Positions 52,201 through 64,000 of a stretch of DNA of 64,000 nt are shown piece by piece (the first letter of the stretch is position 1; each line of letters opens with the position of its first letter). The position numbers and the translations under genes were made by a program. The notes under the pieces are model-generated. The model was not told the origin of the DNA and searched no databases. It was given only the letters and a program-made list of their open reading frames with translations. This DNA comes from Nageia nagi (lineage: Eukaryota; Plantae; Pinophyta), in NCBI GenBank assembly GCA_050084985.1, contig JBITNC010000001.1:49414001-49478000 (forward strand). Direction: 5' to 3'.

Positions 52201-54245
52201 AACATGTCTAGAATGACATCCTCTATTGGCCTGTGCTCTTTGATTTCAACTCTGGCAAACTTTGAAAAACGCCCCATCTCCATTGGCCTCATTCTAAACC
52301 CAAAAATCCGTGCTCTGATGAAATCTCTCAGATCCTAGCTCCTTGGCTACAAAACAGGTGATTGGATACTCTGATACTCTTCAGGGTCTTCATCATATTA
52401 TCTCAAATTTCAATGAATTGCCCCCCCTAATATCATGTTTGCACTCCTCAAAATGAACTATCACCAAAAGACAATATCAAGAAAATGCACCTCATTGCCT
52501 TTGCAAAAATAGGGTCCCCAAAATCTTAACATGCGCTTAAGACTGAATCATGACAATAGTAACCAGATCTGATATAATGCTCATATAACATGTAAAAATG
52601 ATCAAACTAGTGCACAATTGCATATTTGTAACATAACATAAATATTTCTCCAAAATACCCTAATCCGCATACATTCCCATGCACAACAAGTGATAACAAT
52701 ACAACAGTAATAAAGGAGCATTCATTCACATTCGAAGAGCAATATGAGAGCCAAATATTATTAATAATAACCAAGAATAAGTAAAAGGTTGTAACAAGCC
52801 TATAACAAGTTCTTGGGCGATGCCCTAGACATCAAGAATACATAACAAGACTACCAATGGTTGGCGCAAGCTTCCAAGTAGCAAGAATGGTTGAAGCAAA
52901 TCTCAAGATGGCTCCCAAGGTCTAGCACTAGGGCTAGGATGGTCTCCAAGGTTGGTACAATCTCTACAAGTGTAGGTAAGTGTGAATATGCCACTTCTAG
53001 GCTAGGGAGAATCCCTAGTCCTTAGAAGAAAAAGAGGGGAGCATCCCCAACTCCAAGATGATCCAAGATCAAATGCCAAATTATGATGTCTTCAAATGAG
53101 GTGCTCACTTCCTTTTTATAGTGAGATAGGAGAAGTCCAATTCTTATTTGTGGTTGGCTAACCCAACCTAGAAATATAAATAACTCCTAATTGACAAATG
53201 ACTCTTCCTAAGCTAGACGACGGGCAATTAAGGAATAATATATTTACTTATTACAAAACATTGCCCACTTTTATTATAAAATAATCAAAGATTCATAATC
53301 TAAATAGAATTCACCCCTAATACCCCTCATAGGGCCAGACCATTAATTTTAAGTGTCACAAACAACACTAAATACAATATTAATAAAGTGGGTCCTGCGC
53401 ACACGATAGTAGAAACTGGTTCCAGGGGCGAATCTTCAAAAGTCCATATCTTCTCCGTTTCTTAATGGAACCATGTCATGTGACCTGTCAAAACGATTGG
53501 CACGAGATTCTCTATCCATTCCAAAAGACAAATCAGCGATCCATGGATTGTGATGAAAGTTATGCCTTCAACAAGGTTTCTCAAAATTGGGGACATTATA
53601 GAAGCATTCTAATGATTGGAAAGAAAAATATAAACTTTGGATCTTTATACATTGCATGATAAATGAAAGAAGCCCAGAACATCAATGAAGAAAACACATA
53701 AGACCTTTTGATGGCTTGTAGATGAGTTGGATGATAATTATGAAAAGCCTGGTTACTAACTGTTTTTAAAATTAACACCATCGCACATGACTGCTCCATG
53801 AGAAATTCATTGACTGATCAGTTGGGACTAACTTGGAAGAATGAACTAGCATTATAAGAATAGGACAGACTGGATCATCATAGATCATGTTAGCATATGA
53901 GCTCCTAAGTGTATCAACTGATTAAGTCTGTATGGTAACTAATCTGTAAAACTAATTGTATGAAATCTATTATATTATGCATAACACATGCCTAACACCA
54001 GGTATGGATTCTGATACTGTCCATAAACAACCAGCCGTTGATTCTTCTAAAATTGGCGCTCTATTTTAGATTTTTACAATAAATCAGAATTATTTAAAAC
54101 AAATTACAACTCCAACCTGCCCTCAAAGAATATGAAGATGACGCAGTTAATCAATAAACCTTACCATAATACAGTTACATAGGACGGAATCGTATTCTAA
54201 ACTGAATGCTAAATACAAGAATGGAGTTCAAGCTCATTAAGTTAC

Positions 54246-56057
54246 CACTGCTCAGACAACAGGGGTCTTATGAAAGCATAATAATGGCCTGCATTAACTC
54301 CTCCAGTATGAACCAAAACACTGCAAAAGAATTGGGAAACAATAGCTAACATGAGGAAAGTAAAACACGTCACTACTTCCAAGAATTCAAAACAAGTTTT
54401 GCAGCTAGTCACATGCAATACATGAATTGCTTACCTATAAAGAGAATAAAGGTTACGAACACTTCTATCTGCATCAGAGGAAAGATAACGGCCATTATCC
54501 CTATCCAAATCCAGTTGCAATGGATACTCATACCTGTCATTGATCTGCAAGCAATTATATGTCATATTTATGCTAGAAAGGAGAACAACAGAACTTCCAC
54601 GCCATTTACTGGTTGACACAAAAAATGTCACACTGTGGAATTCAGGTTACCTTCATCATTGAGCCATCATTACTATTATACTCAAAACGCTTCAGATGAA
54701 GTTGAAGTACTGGAGGGAAATCAACGAAAAGCATCCATTTCCGAGCCTCCTATGTTATAAGGTAAACATCAGTGCATGAATGTCCAATCTACAAGAAGAT
54801 GTTCAGAGGTACTTGTGCTGGGCACCAATTTGACATGGAAAAAACTCAGAAACTAAAATACAAGAGAAAATTCAAAAAATCAGCATGTTACTTTTTTATA
54901 TTCATTAATATCCCTGCTCTCATGAATTGACTCGTTTATAAACCTTGTCGAAGCCTAAAAATCTAACAAGATTTGTATTTGACTTGTAAGTCAAACAAAA
55001 AACTCGCAAACATGAGCAGGTTTGACAAAGTTATTTGCAAGTCATTAGTCATGTGAACTGGCAATCTTAGTAGAGTCCACTTGACTCATGTTGGGTGATA
55101 AGTCATTCATTCAGATCAGAAAAACAACAGTTGCACTGCATAGTTCGGCCCGAAACATCAGAAAAAACAACACTTTTGTTCACATAAGAAGCTAGAATCA
55201 TGTTTCCTAGCTTCAAAGTTTTGCTACCTGCAAGCCATGTGACCCTGCTTGATATTTATTTTCACCATCAAGTTTCCCAACGTGAACATATTTATCAAAT
55301 GAATCATAGACATCCTTGCAACCTTTAACATCAAGCTGAATATCTGTTCAAAAACAAGTAGTCAGAAAGTGATTAAAAAGAGTTAGACTCCAAGAGATAA
55401 AAATATAGAAGCAGAAGCAAACACAAACCATTAAAATTCTCCTTGCTAGAAGATTCATAAGCCACATTAATGCACTCTATATAATTCACTATGTGGCCTT
55501 CAAACAGCTTCTTAATGGTCCCTTCAGCTATGGTTCCCTGCAAATGATGAGAAAAGGTTCAAAGTCTTCTGAGATACATCATGGACTCAAATCATGATCA
55601 TATTACATTATACCATCATTTTTCCTTCCAGATTCAAACACAACCATTTGTTAAACTCCTCCACATCACGCTGCATAAAAGAATCAGTTATGGTCCAACC
55701 AAACGATTGTGTAAGGTATTCCGTGGATACACTATCTCTGCTCTTCTCCATGCTATAAAACAGGTGCTGCAAAGCCAGAAGAAGTGCAGGTGAAGATACT
55801 GGCATGCGATAGATTGCCTGCAATCAATTTGAGTTCAATAGCAACTATATCATGTGAACCAACCTATCGCTGGAGAAAATGACATGCTTCCAATATTCGG
55901 TTTCAAAAATATACGCACCCTTCTAAAATATGGAATGTGATAGAGTGTTTGCAGTAATGCATTTAAATAGCATGTTGCACCCTGATTTTTGAGGCCAGCA
56001 AAACCAGTTTCTCTCTTCAAATCGTAATCTGAGCAGTCCCAGGTATTTGAACCCATA
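54246..56057 (-). CDS. Ubiquitin-specific protease, UBP12/UBP13 (USP7-like) paralog: catalytic-domain exons
   Basis: Exons 56057-55919, 55817-55614, 55537-55429, 55343-55228, 54749-54651, 54544-54435 and 54320-54246 are GT-AG and in frame. Cys box [38 protein letters not shown], His box [19 protein letters not shown]. Confidence 0.92.
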
Positions 56058-56483
56058 CTACAAAAGTCAGAATTCTAATCCAACAAGAATTGAAAATTCT
56101 ATTTAACATCAAACTGATTGAAAACTAATAAATAGCATTCATGTTTGGCAACAAGAATGAAACCTAAATTCAAAGACTAGTCAACCTTAAAATTTAAATC
56201 CAGCTAGATTAAAAGAATCTTTTTAACATCATTGCAGGACTAAAAACCATGATAACATTCACGTTCCAAAACTGCAACCAAAATTCAGATACCTGTGAAC
56301 CTCGAAAGCATATCAAAATCTTTTTAAAATCTCATCAAAATTAAAAACCACAATAATACTAATTTTCTGCAAACAGAATACTGTAAATTCCAAACTACTT
56401 AGTATGAACTATGAAGCTTGATCAGGACCACAGTATCATTGTTTTATTAAATAAATGATTTGACATTTCTTGGTCAGAAAAAG

Positions 56484-59400
56484 TATGATGTTCCCTTTTA
56501 TTAGCTGCTCCTTTTTAGGTGTGATTTGGTAGTTAGTAGTGTTTAATGTATTGTAGGCATGATTGTAACCTCGGGATAGGAGACTTATGGGTCCAATGGA
56601 CCAATTGTGAGCCTCAAAGTGGGACGTATCCCTCTTTGAGATAGATTAGAGCATTTAAGTGTAATTATGGGGATCCCAAGGCCCAACGCATGATAGAAGG
56701 TGAGTGCATGGTTTGTTGTGATCCCAAGGCATAAGGTGGGATGCCCAAGCATGAAATCTTTGAGGTGGATGTGTAGGCACCCAACCTTTGGGAATCCTTA
56801 TATATATGGCTGACACAGGAGTGGAAAGGCATCATTGAGCATATTTGACATCTTCTATCTTTGGAGTGGCAACCCCATCTCTTCGGCCTCTCATTGGACA
56901 TAAACCCAACATGGAGAAGGGTTTAGTGGGACATAGCCCTCACTAGATCTTGGTTAAGGACGAAAACCCTTAGTCAATGCAGTCTTGCATCTCAGATCTG
57001 AGAATTGAAGGCCCTAGCAGTGTGATGTCAAAATTCGAAGAGTGTTGTGCCCTAGATTTGATCCCTTGAGTCATACGTCAGCCCTCTTGGGCCATATTGG
57101 TTGTACCATGCTTCATCATTGTCTAATATTGATACGTTGGCATTATTCCCCCATTTTGGCTTGTGCATTGAATGTTTTGTGGTATTATTTCTTTGTTCTT
57201 GCTCATTTCTTGAATTATTGCTTGCTTTAATAATAATTTGAAATAAGAATAATTTGGGAACATCTCAATGGTATTAGAGCTATAATCCTACCATCTTGTG
57301 GGAGGAGTGTTGAATGGGATCAACTAAGAAGGTTTACCAACGATAGAATGGGAAGAAGTCTCCCATGGCACCATAGACTAGATCCAAGGAGAACATAGGG
57401 AGGCATCAAGGAGATCTAGCACGGTAGAGTTGGATGAATGAGCCAAAGCATGTGCATGAAAAAGAAGAGGCACATGAGGAAAGGGAGATTCCACCTAAGG
57501 ATGTAGCCGAATAGAGATTTGATGTTCTGTTGAACATGATGAAGACAATTGTGGAGCAAATGCAACAACAAAATGAGCGTACGCCTAGGAGAGGACATTG
57601 GGACTGATGGAAGCCCTAGAATGCCACATATTCAAAGATCCACTTCTACTCGTGAGAGAGAGCCAGAAGGAGAAGAAGCATCCCTATATAAATCTAGAGG
57701 CCTAGGGTTTGACCATGGAGATCCGGTGTTTCAAAGATCTAGGTTTGCCAGAATGGTGGATGATGGGGAATATTCACTGTTTAGGATGGGATCTACCAGA
57801 GCTTCACTATCCAGAGAGCAAATGATGAAGAGTTTTTTTGATATGGAAAAATGTGAAGATGACTGCAACACCTCCACCTCTACTGTGTCCTGGCGAAACC
57901 CATGTTTTTACCTAGGTAGGAGAGTGGGAGGAGCCTCATCTCACTCCTTGAGCTCAATCAGTTGTATCGAGATTACTCCCTGAATTCACTATAATTCAAG
58001 AGTGATGTGATTTTTTCCATGTATTTGGAATTATTAGGCAAGAGAGCCAATGGGATTCATTCTCGTAGTGGACCACAGGAGGATAGGAGAGATCTACAAC
58101 AGAGGTTGAGCATAATGCAGGTGCCCTTGTTCGATGAAAGCAATAATGATTGCAAAGGCATGGCTACAAAAGTCACAAACATACTTCACACTTAGTCCCA
58201 TGATGGAGGAGGATGCCATACGATTTGCCACACTACACTTGGATGGCCTAGCGTATGATTGGTGGTAGCATGGCATGACTACGCAAGGTTATGGAGATAT
58301 CACTTCTTTTGATGTGTTCAACAGAAGGATGATAGACTGCTTCAACCGAAAAGATGAGGATGATTACTTCAAGGATCCGATGACAGTAAAGCAAGTAGAA
58401 TTCCAACAGATTGCTATAATGGTTCCTAGCATCTCGAAGAAGAGGGTTACCTTCCTCTTCACAAAGGGATTGGCAAAACCATTGAGTGGTTTGGTGAAGG
58501 CCTTCTCCCCAACACAACTACAAGATGACATCGAGAGGGCGTTAGATCTAGAACCTCACATGATGAGGATCAAGCCCACTATTCCACCCAGGATAGGGAC
58601 ATCTAAGACAGGGACTTTGGAGATGGGACCTCCAACGATCAAGAGGAGTCAACCTCTAGGAGAAAGCAAGTCGAACCAAGAGAAAAGGAATGAGTTGAAG
58701 AAGAGTAACTTGTGCTTCAGTTGCAAGCAACCTTGGAAGCGTGGCCATAGGTTCTTGGGCAAGGGACAAGTCCACTACATTAAGGTGCTTTCAGAGGATG
58801 ATGATTCCTATTTGGAGTTGGATTTGTGAAGGATGGACTTAGAGCAAGAATGCCCTACTCACGATAGCAAGGATGCCATAGGAGAGATGATTGCATCACT
58901 ATGTGGAATACCCAAATACTTCACGCTTAAGGTTAAAGGGATGGATGCAAACCAAGAGATGGTGGTGTTGATAGATCTAGGAGCCACACACAACTTCATT
59001 GATGAAGAATTTGTGCACAAGAAGGGACTCAAGACCAAGGAGTTTGAAGGATTCTATGTCACAAATGCCAACGGGAAACTCATGTTGGTTGATAGGACAA
59101 TGGAGAAGTTTGGCGTGAGGGTCCAGGACTATGTGGTTAGGGAAAACTACTATGTCTACCCCTTAGATGGTATTCCGCATATGATATTGGGAGTGCAATG
59201 GTTGTACAACTTGGGAGACATCCGCTCAAATTATCAAAAGTTGGTGATGAATTTTAAGGTAGATAGGAAGGAGTATACATTGCAAGGCATCAAAGATTAC
59301 TTCCCGCAAGCTTCATCTAGTTGCTTGGAGAGAGTATGTGAAGGTAAACTACTTGGCCAGGAGGACATCACACTTGCCATCAAGGATAATGCCTTGGAGG

Positions 59401-61359
59401 AGTTTTGTAGGGGTGTAGAGTTAACTTCACAATTTGTAGAAAGGAGCTTGGTGAGACTGGAATAGCCAATCCTTGCCTTGGCACAATTCATCCACTTTTT
59501 TTTGCCCCTTTTGGATGTTGCAAGAGATGATCATGAGAGTTTTGATCGGAGGTTTGTCTTGCATGGTAATCTTACTTTATTGATTTTTTATTGTATTTTG
59601 AATTTGGTTCATAGTGAAGCTTGGGAAAGGCTGGTAGCATTGAGGAGATCTAGCACTCTCAATGGCTACACTTGGAGGGCTAGTGAACACATGCTTGGAC
59701 GTTGAGGCTCTTCCTCATTTTAAGGAGACTTTGGGGATTGTTGTTGATATACCCCCAACTCAACCATTTGATGGTGTTGACACAGGTATGCATGCATGGA
59801 AGATTGCATTGAGGGTTGAGGATATGCATAGTGCTTTGGCGTCATTCAAAGAAGGCTTCAAAACTGATGTCCATGCTTCAAGGACAACACACATTCATGA
59901 ATAACGAGATGTTACAGAAAAGGCATTAATGATCTTCTTCAAGATCATTTGGAAGAATTCTCACTACAGGTTTGAAGGTATCAAGGATCGAGCAAATTCA
60001 TTGACCACATTTGATGACTTGTTGGCTGTAGTTAGAGCTCAATTGGAGACCTTTTGGATAAGACTCCTTGGGTTCTTGGTGGGTATTGGTGAAGACCCAA
60101 TGTTGGCAATTTTCTTGCCAAACGTTGACACATGCTTGAGGCTTATGTGCGATTCAGTGATTGACATGGAGAAAAGAAGAAAGGATGCTACATCACTTGC
60201 ATCCTTAGTTTATGATCAATCGTGCATCAGACCTATGTTTGGAAAACATGAGTTAGTAGATTTCATATATGCTTATTTGCAAGACATTAAAGCTAAGGTT
60301 GGGAAGCATGAGTTAGTAGATTTCATATATGCTCATTTGCAAGTCACAACAGCTAAGGCTAGGAAGCATGAGTTAGAAGATTTCATATATGCTTGTATGT
60401 AAAGATATGAAAGATAAGGCTGGCATGATGAAGATAGTACTTCAAAAATCATCCACAACATGTATGGATCTTGATGTTTCCAATACATTGAAGATAAAAA
60501 TCCACTACTTTGAAGAATTTATGGTTAGCAAAGACCTTGCATTCCTTGGGGTCAAACAATTCGGGAAGGGAGGACTGTGATGTTTCCTTTTATTAACTAT
60601 TTTTTTTTAGGTGTGATTTGGTAGTTAGTAGTGTTTAATATATTGTAGGCATGATTGTAACCTCTAGATAGGTGACTTATGGGTCCAATGGACCAATTGT
60701 GAGCCCTAGAGTGATACGTCTCCCTCCTTAAGATAAATTAGAGCATTTAAGTGCAATTGTGGGGATCCCAAGGCACAACGTATGATTAGAGGGTGAGTGC
60801 ATGGTTTGGTGTGATCCTGAGGCATGAGGTGGGACGCCCAAGCATGACATCTCCTAGGTGGGTGTGTAGGTGCCTAACCTTGGGGAATCCTTATATATAT
60901 AGCTGACGTAGGAGTGGAGAGGTATCATTGAGCATATTTGACATCTTCTATCTTCGAAGTGGTAGCGCCATCTCTGGTGCCTCTTGTTGGATGAAAATCC
61001 AACATGGATAAGGGTTTAGTGGGATGTAGCCCTCACTAGATCTTGGCTAAGGATGGAAACCCTTAGTCAATGCAATCTTGCATCTTAGATCTGGGGTTGA
61101 AGGCCCTAGTAGTGTGACATCAGCATTTGGAGAGTGTTGTGCCCCTGATCTGGTCCCTTGAACCAAATGTCAGCCCTCTTGGGCCATATTGGTTGTATCT
61201 TGCTCCATCATTGACTAATATTGAGACGTTGGCATTATTCTCCCATTTTGGCTTGTGCGTAGGATGTTTTGTGACATTATTTCATTGTTCTTGCTCATTT
61301 CCTGAATTATTGCTTGCTTTACTAATAATTTAGAATAAGAATAATTTGGGAACATCACA
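56484..61359 (+). mobile_element. Non-autonomous LTR retrotransposon with gag+protease only (TR-GAG-like), in an intron or upstream region of the UBP gene
   Basis: LTRs 56484-57267 and 60576-61359. Flanking duplication AAAAAG. PBS TGGTATTAGAGC at 57269-57280. PPT GGGAAGGGAGG. Gag with CFSCKQPW..GH knuckle and protease LIDLGATHNF. No RT, RNase H or integrase. Confidence 0.93.
60241..60400 (+). repeat. 60-bp tandem repeat, ~2.7 units, in frame (KHELVDFIYA)
   Basis: Units start at 60241, 60301 and 60361. Confidence 0.9.
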
Positions 61360-61394
61360 AAAAAGTCAGGACAGTAGCAAAGTTAAGAGAAGCA

Positions 61395-62145
61395 TAGTAA
61401 AATGGATCCCTTCTCTTGCTTGTTGGTTAAAAGTCTAAACTTTGAAGGAACCTTTAGGGTTAATCCAGAGAAAGCATGTTGTGGATGTGTTTTTAGATGC
61501 CGTTGAGGTAAGATGGTTTATGCCCTTTCCATGGTTTTCCAATTGGAGAGTTTGAATTGGGCAGAACCCATGACCCTAGTCAAAGGTATGCATATTGCTC
61601 AGGAAGAAGGCTTCTCCAATTTGATTATTGAGAGAGATCTCAGGTCATTGTTAATGGATTTGGTTTTGGAAAATATTAATTGACGATTGACATCCTTGAA
61701 GGAGGAATTTGAGCCATTAAATTAAGATCGTTATCCTACCTCTTATGTGGTAGCTGAGGGAAATAAAGTGGCAGATCTGCAAGCTAACTTAGGAGGATTT
61801 GAGGATCTCTTATAGAATAGTCAGAGAGTTAAAATGCTCTAATTGGGATGGTTTATCGAAGATTTGGTAGTGGATTGTAGTGCCATAATGATTCAATAGA
61901 ATGAAATATTTAACTGGTCTAATTCACTGATGTTGAGGACAAAAATTTACAGTATTAGAACTTCACAAGCTCAGTTTAAACTATTCTTTTCTTATATGGG
62001 GCATACTAATATTCAATATCGATATAAGGTGTAGAAATTTTTTTGTATTGGACTTTATGTATGTAATTAGAGTCATAATTTCTTTTGTGTTGGGAACCCC
62101 TATAGATGTACCCTTTGAAAGAACAAAATAAAATCTACAAAAAAA
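61395..62145 (+). mobile_element. 5'-truncated LINE remnant (RNase H domain plus A-rich tail)
   Basis: Translates as KWIP...WLKV/NFEG...NP..A.CG.VFR, N.AE..L..G...A...GFSNLIIE.D and EGNKVADL.AN. A-rich end at ~62120-62145. Confidence 0.75.
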
Positions 62146-62857
62146 TGCAATCTGAATTCAACTAAGACACAACCTCGTAACACAGACTCCCATCAAGTAT
62201 TGCAGAATCTTTTTAACATCAAACCAAAATTGAAACACAAATATCACTCATTTTCTGCAACAAGAATGGAACTTAAATTATATTCCTGCATAGAAATTCA
62301 AATCCATAATGAATAGAAGAATCTTTTTAACATCGCATCAAAATTGAGAATTATTCTTGTTCTGTAGCAAGAATGCAACCAAAACAAAATTCAAAAAGTT
62401 CCTTTATGCCAGATGAATGAATTCACTCAAACTACCATAATAAACCAAAAGATAAACATCCAAACTATACTAAATTTCGGAATGCTTCAAATATCAACCC
62501 AGATTTAGAATGTGTCTACAATCCGTTTCAAATTGCAGGAAAAACACCCACATTCAACTTCTCCATCCACTAAAGCAGCTGATTTCAAATCCCTCCAATG
62601 GAAAGCCGTGAATGCATAAATCTTTATTGAATTACATATAAAAAACATTCATCCACTAAAATAATTCTGCAAACTTACTAATAAAGATAAAACCATTCAA
62701 ATTGAAGCAAAATCTTGAAACCCTTGTGAAAATCTTCAAATCTTTTTTGGAAATCAAGACAAATAAACTCCAAACGTCCAAAATTTCATAGATGAACACA
62801 AATGCATAAAAAAGATTCAAAACGGAATAAGTAAAGAACATTAAAAGATTAACATAC

Positions 62858-63451
62858 CAATCTCCATGGGTGCACTTGTAGTGTCATCGTTAAGGTCCTG
62901 AAATTACACAAAAGCATACACTAAATTCATGGAGTTCTGCATATATATTTTCTTTTCTACGTTCGATTGACTATTCACCTCTCGAAGTTGGTCAGAACAC
63001 TTCTCCGTCAGTGCACTACTAGCATCATCGTCAAGGTCCTGCAACTGCATAAGAACATGTATGTTCACTAAATTCATAGAATTCCTACATATATACATTA
63101 TATATATTCCAGTCTTTGGCACATAATTCACTAAATTCATGGAATTCCTACATATATACATTCTGTGTATTCCAATCTTTGGCACATAATTCACTTATGG
63201 AATTCCTGCATATATACATTGTGTATATTCCATTCTTTGGCACATAATTTACTAAATTCATGGAATTCCTACATATATGCATCGTGTATATTCCGATCAT
63301 TGGCACATAATTCACTAAATTCATGTAATTCCTACATACATACATTGTGTATATTCCAATCTTTAGTACATAATCCACTAAAGTCATGGAATTCCTGCAT
63401 ATATACATTGTGTATATTACTACTCACCCCTGGAAGTCCTGGAATTGACAT
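62858..63451 (-). CDS. Probable 5' exons of the UBP gene
   Basis: 63451-63428 (MSIPGLPG|GTGAGT), 63038-62979 (DLDDDASSALTEKCSDQLRE|GTGAAT) and 62897-62858 (DLNDDTTSAPMEI|GTATGT). This resembles the short first exon and acidic ..PMEV exon of UBP12/13. Confidence 0.55.
63055..63420. repeat. ~63-bp minisatellite, ~6 units, in the putative first intron
   Basis: GGCACATAATTCACTAAATTCATGGAATTCC recurs at ~63118, 63181, 63239, 63302 and 63365. Confidence 0.92.
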
Positions 63452-64000
63452 TCTTGGAGCTTGAATTTACAGACGAAGTTTTGCAGACGACGAAAAGGAG
63501 GGAAAACCAGCATACGTTACTAATTAGCTGGTGAAGGGGAGTCTTTATTTTTAAATAAGGGTCTTGATTTTTCAATTTAACTAGTTAATTACAAAATTAG
63601 TGTTAATTTAGTTTTAATATTAGTTACCTAGTTTTTATGGACATTGGTTTATTATTATATTAATTTAAGAAGTGTTTGATTCAAGAATGCTATCTTAGTT
63701 TGATGGAAGAATCTCATTACTTAATATTCCATATTTTTATTATTGTCTTCACATATTCAATAATGTTTGATTTGTTTATATTTTAGGAGTACTTATTATT
63801 TAAAATTTTAGCTTCAATCATATTATCAATAATAAAATTTCATTCTTTTTGTTTATTGATAAGTTAAGTTAGTTTTTATTATTTCTTTTTTTAAACATTA
63901 TCATTAAGCGAAACTTAAAGCAGACAAACAAAATTATAAGAGCATGATTTGTACCATTGTACTTAATAGTTAGTATCATCACTTCAAAAAAGAATGATCC

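Larger units (their letters stand above)
28740..52527 (-). mobile_element. Giant-LTR family copy 4: short ORF-less variant (28740-29059 plus 49701-52527), split by the copia element
   Basis: Starts TGTTGGGAAAG and has the family motif GGAATCAGC. TATA GGTCTATTTATAG at ~50290 as at 38865. 183-bp array at 50850-52200. 52290-52527 matches 11610-11826. The last ~30 bp of the terminus are missing. Confidence 0.75.
11858..53600 (-). mobile_element. Non-autonomous Ty3/gypsy element fragmented by nested insertions. Own pieces: ~11858-13130, ~14886-16336, 28260-28739, ~52530-53600
   Basis: PBS TGGTATCAGAGC at 28644-28633. Its LTR runs 28646 (TATAATGT) to 53600 (GGGGACATTATA) with a TATA at ~53115. Gag continues across the 16336/28260 junction (KVWLQRLRTYF..ASLHLENIAHEWW). 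Post-protease remnant GDVTFNCRKLEMTF at 13128. No RT or integrase. The 3' LTR is missing. Confidence 0.7.

Noticed and set aside
56090-56400. Degenerate ~110-bp repeats (AATCTTTTTAACATC), also at 62200-62400, as possible MATH exons
   Set aside because: No coding signal. They appear to be old intronic repeats split by the LTR and LINE insertions.

Overview
Repeat-dense land-plant genomic DNA, probably from a large gymnosperm-type genome (inferred from the TE types and deep nesting). About 85% of the window is a nested stack of transposable elements, resolved here from termini and target-site duplications (TSDs). Left to right it holds: a decayed Athila-like Ty3/gypsy element (1-~7600, -); a solo LTR (7836-8768); and a non-autonomous gag-bearing gypsy element (~11858-53600, -) that hosts a Ty1/copia element (29060-49700), which itself hosts a chromovirus (34976-47410). 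There is also an apparently intact 5-exon hAT transposon (21438-25320), a gag+protease-only LTR element (56484-61359), and LINE remnants. One host gene is present: a UBP12/UBP13 (USP7-like) ubiquitin protease paralog on the - strand (~54246-63451) that appears to lack the MATH domain. The most unusual item is a family seen four times. Two copies are complete ~7.7-8 kb units (16337-28259 and 37811-45554) with TGT(T/C)G...CAA(C/T)A ends and 5-bp TSDs, no internal direct repeats and no gag/pol. They look like giant single LTRs whose U3 carries a complete transcription unit: a satellite-like array, an upstream TATA, a conserved splice acceptor, and a ~1090-codon ORF with a conserved NLS. A related copy lacks this cassette.
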